Below are positions 1 through 12,641 of a DNA stretch of 64,000 nt, in pieces. A model generated the notes under the pieces. That model was not told the origin of the DNA, did no database searches, and saw only the letters and a list, made by a program, of their open reading frames with translations. Numbering within the stretch: the first letter of the stretch is position 1; each line of letters starts with the position of its first letter. This DNA is from Mobula hypostoma (taxonomy: Eukaryota): assembly GCF_963921235.1 (NCBI RefSeq), contig NC_086108.1, forward strand, positions 96,536,001 through 96,600,000. Reading direction: 5' to 3'. The translations under genes were made by a program, and so were the position numbers.

Positions 1-404
1 TTCATTTTCTCTCCGTGTATTGCCTTTTTAGTTACCTTCTGTTGCTCTTTAAAAGTTTTCCAATCCTCTGGCTTCCCACTTATCTGTGCTATGTTATACT
101 ACTCTTTTATTTTTATACTGTCCATTACTTCCCTTGTCAGCCACGGCCTCCTCTTACTCCCCTTAGGATCTTTCTTCCTCTTTGGAATGAACTGATCCTG
201 CACCTTCCGCATTAGTCCCAGAAACACTTGCCATTGCTGTTCCACTGTCATCCCTGCTAGGGTATTGTTCCATTGAACTTTGGCCAGCTCCTCCCTCATA
301 GCACCATAGTTCCCTTTGTTTAATACTGACACTTCCGAATTTCCCTTCTCCCTCTCAAATTGTAGATTAAAACTTATCATATTATGGTCACTACCTCCTA
401 ATGA
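1..404 (-). mobile_element. CR1 LINE ORF2 fragment (end of endonuclease plus linker)
   Basis: Translation LGGSDHNMISF...KGNYGAMREELAKVQW...RPWLTREV is typical of CR1 ORF2. Confidence 0.85.
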
Positions 405-1686
405 CCCTGAGGAACTTAAAGCTTTTGACCTGTTCCACTTGTGCACCACTGATGTAAATTGGATCATGCGGTCCGCTACTCCTTCTGAAGTCAACAACCA
501 ATTCCTTCGTCTTGCTGACGTTGAGAGATGGGTTACTGTCTTCGCACCAGGCCACCAGGTTCTAAATTTCCTCTCTGTACTCAAACTCATCGTTACCTGA
601 GATATGGCCTACAGTTGTTGTCATCAGCAAACTTGTATATTGAGTTTGATGGAAACTTGGCTACACAATCATGTGTGTACAGTGAGTACAGCAGGGGGCT
701 GAGTACACAGCCTTGTGGGGCACCGGTGCTCAGAGTGATTGTAGAGGACAGCTTGTCCCCTATTTTTACAGCCTGGGTCCTGTCTGTGAGGAAGTTGAAG
801 ATCCAGCTGTAGATCTGAGTGCTAAGGCCTGGGTTCCGGAGCTTAGGAATCAGTTTATTGGGAATGATGGTATTAAAGGCAGAGCTGTAGTCAATGAAAA
901 GGAGCCTTATGTATGCATCTTTATTCTCCAGGTGCTCTAAGGAGGAATGTAAGGCCAGAGAGATGGCATCTGACGTTGACCTGTTGCTCTGGTAGGCGAA
1001 TTGCAAAGCGTCGAGGTTGATCGGTAGGCTGTGATTGATGTGTGCCATAATCAATCTCTCGAAGCACTTCATAGCAATTGATGTCAGAGCCACAGGTCGA
1101 TAGTCATTCAGGCATGCCACCTTGCTCTTCTTCAGCACTGGGATTATCGTTGCCTTCTTAAAACACGAGGGGATCTTAGACTGAAGTAAGGAACAGTTGA
1201 AGATGTTAGCAAACACTCCAGCTAGCTCGCTTGCATAGGCCCAGAGAACCTGTCCTGGGACGCCATCTGGGCCCGTCTCCTTCCTTGGATTTATCTTCAA
1301 GAAGGCCCTTCTAACGTCCTCCTCAGTGACGATGAATCTCAATGCCACTAGGTCCGGTTCATCCGGAGGGAGCGGGACGCTCCTCTTCTGTTCAAATCTT
1401 GTGTAGAATATGTTAAGTTCGGCAGGAAGAGAAGCGCCACAGTTATTGATATTTCCAGCCTTTTCTTTGTGTCCAGTGATCTCATTTAGACCCTGCCATA
1501 GTCTACTGGCATCCCTTTGGTTAGCCTGGGCTTCCAACTTGGCTCAATATTGCCTCTTGGTGCCCTTAATGGCTTTCCGGAGTTCATGCCTGGATTCCGT
1601 GTAGCCACTGGTATCCCTGGACCTAAAAGCCGCAGCTCTAGCCTTTAAAAGGGACTTGACCTCATAATTCATCCAAGGTTTCCGGT
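405..1686 (-). mobile_element. Rex1/Babar-type LINE reverse transcriptase fragment
   Basis: ORF 593-1537: NDYRPVALTS, LQFAY, LFIDYSSAFNTI, GAPQGCVLSP, KFADD. Confidence 0.9.
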
Positions 1687-1699
1687 ATGGCAATTATTA

Positions 1700-2874
1700 G
1701 GTATGGCAATGGATTTCAGAAAGGCATGTGCTAAGATTCACCATGCAAGGCTCATTCAGAAAGTAAGGAAGCATGGGATCCAAGGAGACCTTGCTTTGTG
1801 GATTCAGAATTGGCCTGCCCACAGAAGGCAAAGGGTGGTTGCAGGTGTTTCATATTCTGCATGGAGGACGGTGACCAGTGGTGTTCTGCAGGGATCTGTT
1901 CTAGGTCCCCTCTTTGTGTTTATAAATAACCTGGATGAAGAAGTAGAAGGTGGGGGGGGCAGTAGGTTTGATGATGACACAAGGTTGGGGGTGTTGTGGA
2001 TAGTCTGGAGGGTTGTCAGAGGTTACAGCAGGACATCGATAGGATGCAGAACTGGGCTGAGAAGTGGCAGATGGAGTTCAACACAGGTAAGCGTGAAGTG
2101 GCTCATTTCAGTAGGTCAAATTTGAAGACAGTATCGTATTAATGGTAAGACTCTTGGCAGGGTGGAGGATCAGAGAGATCTCGGGGTCCCTGTCCACAGG
2201 ACACTCAAAGCTGCTGTGCAGGTTGACAGTGTTGCTAAGTAGGCGTATAGTATGTTAGCATTCATCAGCCGTGAGATTTGAGTTTAAGAGCATGTGTCAT
2301 TTCTGGTCACTTCACTACAGGAAGGATGTGGATCTCTTACTAGCTCTTTCAGTTAGTCCTGACGAAGGGTCTCAGCCCGAAATGTCACTGTACTTCTTCC
2401 TAGAGATGCTGCCTGGCCTGTTGCGTTCACCAGCAACTTCTATGTGTGTTGCCTTATGAGATTAAGTTGAGTGAACTTGGCCTATTCTCCTTGGGGTGAC
2501 AGAGGATGAGAGGTAAGCTGATAGAGGTGTATAAGATGATGAAAGGCATTGATCATGTGGATAGTCAGGTTTTTTCCCCAGGGCTGAAATGGCTAACATG
2601 AGGAGTCACAGTTTATGGTGTTTGAAAGTAGGGACAGAGGGCAAGTTTTTCCAGACAGTGTGGTGCGTATAATTAAAAAAGACACTGCCGGCAACAGCGG
2701 TGAAGCTGGATACAATACGGTCTTTTAAGAGATTCTTGGATAGGTACATGGAGCTTAGAAAAATAGAGGGCTATGTGGGATGGTAATTTGAGGCAGTTTC
2801 TAGATTGGGTTACATGGTTGGCACAATATCGTGGGCCAAAGGGCCTGTAATGTGCTGTAGATTTCTATGTTCTA
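1700..2874 (+). mobile_element. CR1 LINE 3' portion, interrupted by a Penelope-derived insert at about 2333-2452
   Basis: DFRKA..H.RL..K, SGV.QGSVLGP motifs; ttctatgttctat tail. Confidence 0.88.
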
Positions 2875-3221
2875 TTAAAGCTGAGGAAAGATTGGTAAAA
2901 ATGTAATTTAAAAATTTTAGAATGTCCTAAACCTTACATTTCAAACTACCCATTCCAAATTCTCAGCTTCGAGGCTATGGAAATGAAGGGTATCCTTTCT
3001 TAAAAATTACACTCCCCGAAAAGCTCATCACTCTTTACTTCTGGAGAATTAAGAGGGCAATATGTTAAGTATTATAATACACACAAAATGCTGGAGGAAC
3101 TCAGCAGGACAGGAAGCATTTATAGAAAGGAATAAAGAGTCAATGTTTTGGGCCAAACTCTCTACCAGTCCTGAAGTATTTCGAACTGAAACATTGACTC
3201 TATTCCCTTCCAAAAGATGGA

Positions 3222-6200
3222 TTTATAGATACTTTATTGATCCCAAAGGAAATTACAGTGTCACAGTAGCATTACAAGTGCATGGGTATACAAATTAGAA
3301 TAAAAAATAAGTTACCTTAAAAATGAAATGTACAAGAATTACAAATCAAATATTGCAGGATTTACAATATTTCCAAGTTCTCACTGATAAAATGGTAGTA
3401 CAAGAATTACTATAATATTATACAGTAATGGGGGCACATTCACACTGTACAGATAAAAAGTTATGGTAGTATTGCACATGGAGTCCGTCACAGCAAGGTG
3501 TGGTAAACAGAGCTTAAAAACAGTCAAACAGGAGGGGGTCATCACCTTCCCCATTGCAGGTTGACTCATTAAAGAGACTAATGGCCAAGGGTTAGAATAA
3601 CTTCATTCAGCACTCTTTGGAGCAGTGCAGATGCCTTAGTTTATTACTGAAAGTGTTCCTCTATTCAGCCAAAGTGGCATGCAGAAGGTGAGAAACATTG
3701 TCCAGAATTGCCAGGATTTTCCCGAGGGTCCTTTGTTCTACCACAATCTCCAGTATGCCCAGTTTGACTCCTATAACAGAGCCAGCCTTTCTAATCAGTT
3801 TATTGAGCCTGTTGGCATCACCCGTGTTGATGCCATTGCCCCAGCACGTCATCGCATAGAAGACTGCGCTGGCGACAAGAGACTGGTAGAACATGCGAAG
3901 GAGAAGCCTGAATACACCAAATGACCTCGGCCTCCTCAGGAAGTCGAGGTAATTCTGGCCCTTCTTGTACACAGCCTCTGTGTTGGTGCTCTACTCATGT
4001 CTGTCATTCAGGTGCAGCCCCAGGATCTTGTGGGTCTTCACCACATCCTCACCATCAATAGTAACAGGGAGCAGTGCAGGCTTAGTCTTTCTAAAATCCA
4101 TCAGCATCTCCTTTGTCTTCCTGATATTGAGCTGCAGATGATCCACCTTGCACCATTTGACAAAGCCCTCCACCAGGGCCCTGTGTTCATCCTCCCTTTA
4201 TACACTCAACTATTGCTGAGATCAGAAAATTTCTGCAGGTGACCTGACTCAATTTTGTATCTAATGTCTGAGGTATACAGGGTGTTACAAGAATCACTGC
4301 TTGAGGCACAGAAAATCTGTATTTGCCCACAAGTAACTTTTACCATCTCAACTAAAAAGCAGGTGGGTTCACAAACTACCCACCTGTGTGCACCCCACTA
4401 GAACCCCTGACCCTCCGTGAACAGTCAATGAAGAGAAAAGGTATTACCTGGGAAAGGGGTCTACGCTGACCGCGTGTTCTTCATGGTTCCGATCTCCACG
4501 GGTCCATGGGGTCCTCCTTATCTGCAACGGTTGGTCTCGGGTCGCTGTTGAGTTATCACCCCTGCATATTTGGAGCTCCTAACTCTTATAGTCTTCCTCA
4601 TCTGCAGCCCATTGGCTCAAGGTCACGTGACTACATGGATCACCTTCTTACTGGTTCTACCTAGTCCAGGACTACAACCAACATTGTTTCATGGTTCTGC
4701 CCACCCCAGCATTGTGTATTTGGTCTTTCAACTCTGACTGGTCCAAACCAGTTAAATGAGATGACCCAGACATAGTCTAACAAGATTACAGATTGCCTCC
4801 TTGGTAGGTCTGGCATTTTACATTAGTATCTACTTATCTGAGAATGGTCTCAGGTTTATGGGTCATCACCTGAAGCTCCTTGTGTCCACATTCAATTGCT
4901 CTGATTATATTAGCCCACAGCAAGAATCAGATGAGTCCACAAAATGGGGGGGGCGGGGGGGGGGAGAGAGGGAGAGAGAAACACCCTGTCCATTGATTAA
5001 TGGATTCATCAAATCCATTAATTGTATACTATAGTTTCTTCTGGCTACCAAGGGTAAACAGAAAGGGAGCCAATACAGTCCCCCGTGGGACCCCAGTGCT
5101 GCTCATATGCATGTCTTAAACATAGCTCTAAAGCCACTCAAACTGTAGTCTGCCAGTTAGTTAGTTCATTATGCAGGAAATGCCAAACTGCATTGAACAG
5201 ACCTTCTCCCCAGCAATGAGGGCTGCATAGTATTGAAAGCGCTTGAGAAATCGAAGAACATGATCCTCAGAGTGCTGCCCTGATTATCCAGATGGGAATT
5301 GGCTCTGTTCAGCAGGTGGACGACAGCATCATCGACTCCAATGTAGGCAAACTGCAGGGGATCGAGGGCTGATCTGACCAGGGGTCAGAGGTGAACCAGA
5401 CCCACCTCTCTGGGGTCTTCATGATGTGTAAGGTCAGGGCCACTAGACTGTAGTCATTCAAGACTTTCGTCAGCCCTTCATGATGTTTTCTACGCAGTCG
5501 GGATGCTTTCCAGGCTGAGGCTCAGATTGAAAAGGCCCTGGAGAACTCCACACAACTGCTCAGCACACTCCGTCAGGACCTTGGGGTTCACACCATCCGG
5601 TCCCAATGCTTTGCCATGTCTGAGTTTCCCCAGAGCCCTTCCCACCTGCTCAGCAGTGAAGGCAAGTCCATGATAACTGGGCAGTTGGTGGAAGGTGGGG
5701 ACTGGGGGAGGTGAAGATCGGGATGATAGCAGTTGGTAAGTGGAGGTGTGGATAGTAGATGTAGGGGAAGGAGAGGGTGTAGAGAGTGGTAGCCTGTGGT
5801 GTTTATCCATGTGTTATCCACGTGTTATCCATGAGGGGGGAGTAGGGAGAAGGGGAAGGCATTGGTGCTGAGGAAGTACTGGGTGCCTCAGCACCTGGGC
5901 TGGTGTGCTGGGGGGAGGTGTGAACAGTAGGGCAATTTTCAAACCTACTGAGGAATTGGTTTAACTCATTACTCCATTCATGGCTGCACTCACGGCTCTA
6001 GAGCCAGGCTGATTGAAGCCAGTGATGTTCTTCATGCCTCTCCACAATACCCTTGCACTACTCTGCCCAAGTTTGTTCTCCAGCTCTCTCCTGTATTTCC
6101 CTTTAGCCACCTTGATCTCCTGCTTTAGCTCCCTCTGCAAGTTTCAATTCCTGTCTCCTGATGTTAAAGGCTCTCTTTTTGCGGTTGACAAGAGCCTTCA

Positions 6201-7440
6201 GATCACTGGTGATTCATGGTTTGTTGTTAGGGAAACAGCAAACAGTCCTTGATGGTATTACAGTGTCCACACACATTGGAGCCAGTGGTGCAATCAGCAA
6301 GTCTGTTAATGTCCTCCCCATATGGTTCACAAAGCACATTCCAGTCAGTAACCACAAAGCAGCCCTTCAAAGCCTTGATGGCGTCTGGAGACCATTTCTT
6401 TACTGTCTTAGTGGTAATTAGCTGTTGCTATACTTTGGGCTCATACAAGGGCATGAGGTGAACCAGGCTGTGATCTGAACTTTCAAGTGAGGGGAGAGCT
6501 GTGTGCATCTTTAATACTGCATACAAGAGGTTCAGTGTTTTATTTTCCCTTGTATGATCCTTGACAAACTGATCAAAGGTAAGTAGAGTTGTCAAGAGAG
6601 AAACATGGTTGAACTCTCCCGATACTCTCTGAACCATTGGGGTGCAGAGTATGGAACTCGTGATAGTAGTGTGTGTGAGACCTCACACACAGCATCAGGA
6701 CTTCATCTGGAAGGCAGAATATAAACAATGAGGAATATGGCGTGGCTGAACTCACGCAGTGGATAATACAGACGTAAACTCACAGCAAGCAATTCGATGT
6801 CCGGACCGCAGATTTGTTCTTTCACAGAAATGTGACCAGGATTACACCATCTGCTGTTCACAAGCACAGCAAACCTACCTCCCTTCCTCTTACTGCACTA
6901 TAGATTAACTCTGTCTGTTCTTATTATTGAAAACCCATTCATATTAGTGCTGAAATCTGGGATTACTCATGTAGCCATGTCTCAGTGAAACATATAACGC
7001 TGCATTCCTGATATTCGTTCTGTGTCCTCGTGAGTATTGCTAGTTCCTCCATTTTGTTTGCCAGTGATCTTATGTTCCCCAATGATAGATGGGAGGTATG
7101 GTTTTTATCTCCATCTCTCGTTGCGCTGCTTTTTACCTGATCTGCAGCCTTAGTTTCTCCATCTTAGCTCGTCCGGAATATCAAGCTTCTGCTGCTTCCA
7201 GGCTACTAGTGGCTGCTCTCTCGTATATACAATATTGCCTCCGTTACTAGTCACAGCACTCGATGGAAATAAAGTATCCCAAGAGCCAGAAGGATGATGA
7301 AAATGTTCTTAAACAGATTAATGTCCATTGCTATTTCGCAGTGTTGCCAGCCAGTAAAAAAACAAATGAAAGAACATTAAGACAAGCAAACAAACAGAGC
7401 TAATGTAAAGTGCCGCCGCCTTGCACAGCGCACACTGGCC
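3222..7440 (-). mobile_element. Near full-length decayed Rex1/Babar-type LINE containing a solo LTR
   Basis: Endonuclease (SDH) and RT (GPDG, LQFAY, GVPQG-like) remnants; 3' end gggatcaataaagtatcta on the minus strand. Confidence 0.8.
4283..5050. mobile_element. Solo LTR (768 bp)
   Basis: TG...CA termini, 4-bp TSD AGGG (4279-4282, 5051-5054); host LINE reads through once the insert is removed. Confidence 0.8.
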
Positions 7441-7689
7441 AACCACTACTACTACTCAGCAAGTAACAAGAGTTGCTGCCAGACCTGGTGGATTCCTCTG
7501 GCATTTTGTGTGTGTTACTTTGGACCAGCATCTGCACAATCTCATGTTAGGGATTTATTGTGTCATTATTTTTAATAAATCTACTTAACAAAAACATTCA
7601 GACATTAATCTTCTTTTAATTATATCAAATAAATGACTAAATGTGTAAATTTATTAAAATTAATTCGATAAAACACTTGATCAGTGTAC

Positions 7690-7959
7690 CTAAAGCCTCA
7701 GTTTAGCATATCTACATTGTGCTCTTGTTTTTATGCATTGTGGCTGGCTTGATGCAGTTAAGTTTACAAGTGAAATCAGCAAAGAAAATTGAGGTGTCGG
7801 AGTGGGCCAGCAGGGAGGGATTTTGCTGAAGTATGTATAGATTAACTCTACAGGCAAATCAGCAAACAGAAAAACATCAGCAGCAGACAAACTCTGAATA
7901 TGGGATGGACAGAATACATTGCTACCAGACGATTGAAGTGGCCTTCAAAGGAGAGGCCT
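7690..7959 (-). other. Candidate second (5' UTR) exon of the CpG-island gene
   Basis: Unique, less AT-rich island between repeats; acceptors tttttatctag| (exon start 7959) and ctttcctcag| (exon start 7983); weak donor TAG|gtacac. Confidence 0.3.
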
Positions 7960-9547
7960 CTAGATAAAAACAGACATTAAAAACTGAGGAAAGATTGGTA
8001 AAAATGTTACTTAAAGAGATGTTCATGTGGTACAGCATCAAGAATACTAGAAGTGAAGAATAGCAGGAAATACCTAAATGAAAAGGATCTAGTACATTCC
8101 CAGCATATATGATGAATAAACACTTCTCGGGTTTCTAACTGGGTACAGGTATCGATTATAAACCCTATCATCCCGAAGTAAGATGGCAAGGTTTGTCATC
8201 GAAACATCAGTTATAATCAATACCCAAATGTTTAAGGGCCAGGAGTTCAATTAGTTGAAAGCCATAAAATGGTGGCACAGGCACAATAGGCAAATACCAT
8301 TTTCTGTTTCTATACTAAATCTCAGAGTATGAAAAGCTAGATTACTCTAACAAAGTTCAAGCAAGGCCATGGAAACGTTCATCAAGATCCAGGCACACAA
8401 GAAGAGAGGGCTGAAGTTGAGAGAGTTGTGAATCACAACTGTCACAACAGGTCAACAGCAGATACCATTTCATTGGATCTTTACTCAACTATGGAAATGC
8501 ATACAGTAAAAACGCATCCGTCATGATGCTCTTCATTAACTACGGCTCTGTATTCAATACTATCATCTCCTCAAAACTAATTAATAAGCTCCAAGACCTA
8601 GGCCTCAATATCTCCCTGTGCATCTGGATCCTTGATTTCCTCATTTGCAGACCCTAGTCAGTTTGGATTGTGCAGGAGATATTGTTGCCAATCACTATCA
8701 TCGCATGTGCACTACAAGGCTGTGTGCTCAGCCACCTGCTCTACTCACTTTATACCTACAACTGAGGCTAAGCATAGCTCCAATGCCATATTTAAGTTTG
8801 CAGATGATACCACTCTCATTGGCCAAATTCATGGTGGTTAAAAATCAGCTTATAGGAGGGAGATTGAAAATCTGGCTCATGGTGCCATAACAATAACCTC
8901 TCAATGTCAGCAAGACCAAGGAGCTGATTATTGACTACAGTAGTAAACTGGAATTTCATGAACCAGTCCTCATTGGGGAATCAGAGGTGGTAAGGGTCAG
9001 CAACTTTAAAATTCCACAGTATTTTCAGTTCAGAGAATCTGTCTTGGGTCCAGCACCCTTACTTTCTTCAAAGTTGGAGAAGATTCAGCATGACACCTAA
9101 AACTTTGACCAACTTCTATAGGTGTACAGTTGCATTACAGCCTGATATAGAAACACCAATGTCCTTGAACAGAAAAACCTACAAAAAGTAGTGAATATGG
9201 TCCAGTCTGTCACAGGTAAAGCCCTCCCCACTGTTGAGCACATCTAAAGGGTGTATCACAGTATTTTAAAATCTGAAGTTTGTCATGCAATAAATAAGAT
9301 GAAGAAAGGAAAGGTAGCAGGTCCTGATGAATTGGTAATAGAACAAATTATTGCCCTTGAAGATTATGGAATTGAAAAACTTATTGATTTAATCAATGAC
9401 ATTTATGAGACTGGAATAATACCAGAAGAGATGAAAAAAATTCAGTATTTATCACTCTTCCTAAGAAACCTGGAGCAATAAAATGTGAATTACATAGGAC
9501 CATAAGTTTAATGAGTCACATCACCAAGATACTTCTAAGAATTTTGA

Positions 9548-10853
9548 GTATAGTAATATAGTAAAGAGTTAGTAATATAGTAAAGCTACTAGGACTTGAT
9601 GTTTCAATCCCTATGCTAAGTCGGCACTCTCGATTTTGGCAGTGGGCTTGGAGTAGTGACAAGGAGGGATGGTAGGTACATCATCGGGGTCATCAGGTGG
9701 GCACCCTCCTTCTTTGACATTTCGTTGATAAGCCCATGGCGTCTCCAGAGGGCTCAACAGTGCTACCTGGCGTCCCAGATACACCCCCCTCAGTTCCATA
9801 TCCTCCAGTCTTCATATTGCAGCCCAGTTGCTGTCTTTCCTTTTAATCCAAATCCAATTGCTGCTTTCTTCTGCTGCATTTGACAAGGATTTGATTGCTT
9901 GTTGGAGGGAGTGACCCCTCACCCCCATCTTCTTCAATAGACTGGTCGTGGATGTAGCAACGAATCTCCTGCATCCCAGTTCTACAGGGAAAATCTTGGT
10001 CTTCCAGCCATTCTGGGCAGCTTCAGTTACCAGTTCAGGGTGCTTGGTCTTTTTCCTCTCATAAGCTTCTTCGACACCATCTTCCCATGGTCCTGTCAAT
10101 TCCACAACATATGCCAGCTTGGCTGTTGTGGACCACAGGACCATGTCTGGCCAGAGTGTTGTAGCCGTAATGTCTGGGGGAAACACAAGCTTTTTTTCCC
10201 AAGTCCACGTCCATTTTCCAATCCCGAGCAACCTGCAGAATACTTACATCTTTTGATGTTATATGGTGCTCTGGAGGTTGGCCGGCTGGTACAAATCATG
10301 TGATGTGGACATTTCCTGTCGATGTTTGTGGGAGAGCATTTGTGGTGATTCGCCTCTGTTTCAAGATTGATGCCAGCTGTCTGAGAACTTGGTTATGCCG
10401 CCAAGTGTACCACCCCTGGGTGAGGTGAGGCTCGTGGTGCATCCTGTTAAAATGTGCCTTAGTGATCCAGGTACCTGACAAAGAAAGCAAATGGGATCTT
10501 CTCCCCACCACTGGTTCAGGTTCTGGGGTGTGGGTAGGAGGTCATAAGTGGATCTGATGACCAAACTTAACTGAGATCTCTCCATCTCCCAGATGTCACG
10601 CCAGCTAAGTTTCCTCTTTTCCAAGCTCTACCAATTAGTCCATTGGCCCTGCCTGGCCAATGAGACGCCCCTGGCGTGTCGCTCTGCCTCCTCCTGTCTT
10701 CTCAACTCCTCCACCACGAGCCACCTCTTCTGCACTGATGTTGCCTTGTGCCATTGAGGATTCTTTGGGACGAGCCCGAGCCCAGCTCTTCCATGATGGA
10801 CTTGGCCAACCACATCCCTGAAGCAAAGAGCAGACTTAGCACTGAACGGCTTC
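9548..10853 (-). mobile_element. HERO/NeSL-like non-LTR retrotransposon 3' fragment (CCHC knuckle plus restriction-like endonuclease)
   Basis: YDLLPTP.NL..W, C..C.....SL.HILTGC, YTWRHNQVL, PD.VLW...ELT.PWE..., PVE.GCR.F; no APE domain; tandem 16-bp tail repeat at 9551-9585. Confidence 0.85.
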
Positions 10854-11931
10854 AGAGTAAGATACAAGCTGAAATAGGTAAAGAACAATGTGGTTCTGTG
10901 AAAGACAAAGGTACAAGAAACGCGATATTGATGTTAAGGATACTACCAGAATGAGCTATTCAAGTGCAAAAAGAATTGCTTATTTGTTTTATCGACTACA
11001 CAAAAGCATTTGATAAAGCACAATAAGTTATTTGAAATATTACAGGAAACTCTAGATCTAGATTCGAACGACCTCCGCCTAATCAGAAATCTGTACTGGG
11101 AACAAACTGCCGCTGTAAGAATAGATGGAGAAGTCAGTCAGTTTACGAAAATCAAGAGGCGTTAGACAAGGGTGTGTTTTCTCCCTTGATTTATTTAATG
11201 TGTACAGTGAAACAATATTACAAAAAAAGAGAGACATCTTGAGAATCAGGTTGGTTGGTGGTGAAAACATTAATAATTTCAGATATGCGGATGACACTGT
11301 GTTAATTACAAATACGGAGGAAGAACTACAAAACTTGATTGATACAATTGTTGAAGAAAGTGCAAAAATGGGTCTATCAATCGCAGAAAGACAGAATGTA
11401 TGGTGATATCCAAAAAGAAGGAGAATCCTATCTGCAGGCTGAGAATAAACAGCGAAGACATAAAACAAGTACAGAACTTCTGCTACTTAGGAAGCTGGGT
11501 GACATCAGATGCCAGGTGCGACATGGACGTCAAAAGAAGAATAGGGATGGCAAAAGACACCTTTACAAGAATGAAGAGTATATTGACCAACACTAACGTA
11601 GGCACGACAACCCACCTCAGAGCACTGAAATGTTACGTTATATGGTTCAGAATGTTGGACAATATCTAGTAACATGAGGAAATGAATTAAAGCAGCAGAG
11701 ATGTGGTTTTTGAGGAGGAAGCAAAGAATATCATGGACGAAACAAATATCTAACGAGGATGTCATGAACAGAGCAAGCACAAAAAGAGAAATAATGTATG
11801 AGATCATGCAAAGGCAACGTAACTTCATTGGACATGTGATTAGGAAAGAGGAGTTAGAATGCATGGTAATTATGGGAAAGATTGAAGGGAAGAAAGCAAA
11901 AGGAAGGCAAAGACAAATGATGATGGAGACA

Positions 11932-12123
11932 AGCAACACACATAAAAGTTGCTGGTGAATGCAGCAAGCCAGGCAGCATCTCTAGGAAGAGGTACAGTCG
12001 ACGTTCTGGGCCGAGACGTTGACTGTACCTCTTCCTAGAGATGCTGCCTGGCCTGCAGTGTTCACCAGCAACTTTTATGTGTGTTGCTTGAAATTCCAGC
12101 ATCTGCAGATTTCCTCATGTTTG
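11932..12123. mobile_element. Penelope-derived fold-back (palindromic) insertion
   Basis: Inverted arms around gtcgacgttctgggccgagacgttgac; 14-bp TSD TGATGATGGAGACA (11918-11931, 12124-12137). Confidence 0.85.
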
Positions 12124-12641
12124 TGATGATGGAGACAGCAGCCAGAGAACTAGAAGTGAATACCAATGAATTGATCCACTTGACCCGAAACCGGAGTTTG
12201 TGGGCCATGGCAGTCAAAGCTCAATCTGGGCATGGCACCTGAAGATGATGATGATCACAGGAAAGCAGCAACCGTCATCAATCCTCACCAACTGGGCCAT
12301 GCCCTCTTCTCACTGCTACTATCAGGAAGGAGGTACTGGAGATTCAGGACCCACACCACAGAGTGCAGGAACAGTTAATACTCCTCAACCATCAGGCACT
12401 TGAACCAGAGGAGATAAATTCACTCAACCCAACTCTGAAATGTTCCCACAACTGATGGACTCACTGTTAACTACTCTTCATCTCATATTTTCAATATTTA
12501 CTGCTTTTTTAAATATATTTTGCACATGGGTTGTTTTTCTGGCTTATGTGCGGTTCTTCATTGATTCTATAGTGTTTCTTTATACCTACTGTGAAAGCCC
12601 ATAAAAAAATGAATCTCATGGTTCTATATGGTGACATATAG

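Larger units (their letters stand above)
9262..12253 (+). mobile_element. 5'-truncated RTE (BovB-like) LINE
   Basis: KGK.AGPD, EQCG..KDKGTRNAI, GVRQGCVFS, LR/FRYADDT, GKIEGK..KGR; (TGA)n tail; candidate TSD ATCACAG (9255-9261, 12254-12260). Confidence 0.88.
8430..12640 (+). mobile_element. Decayed Rex1/Babar LINE 3' half split by an RTE insertion (pieces about 8430-9261 and 12254-12640)
   Basis: KFADDTT motif and the Rex1 3' region resume after the RTE tail. Confidence 0.75.

Noticed and set aside
9690..9723. GAAA-TGTC ... CTGATGA on the minus strand in the HERO 3' UTR as a permuted hammerhead
   Set aside because: Both core boxes are present but stems I and II cannot be paired convincingly in this copy; a family consensus would be needed to revive it.
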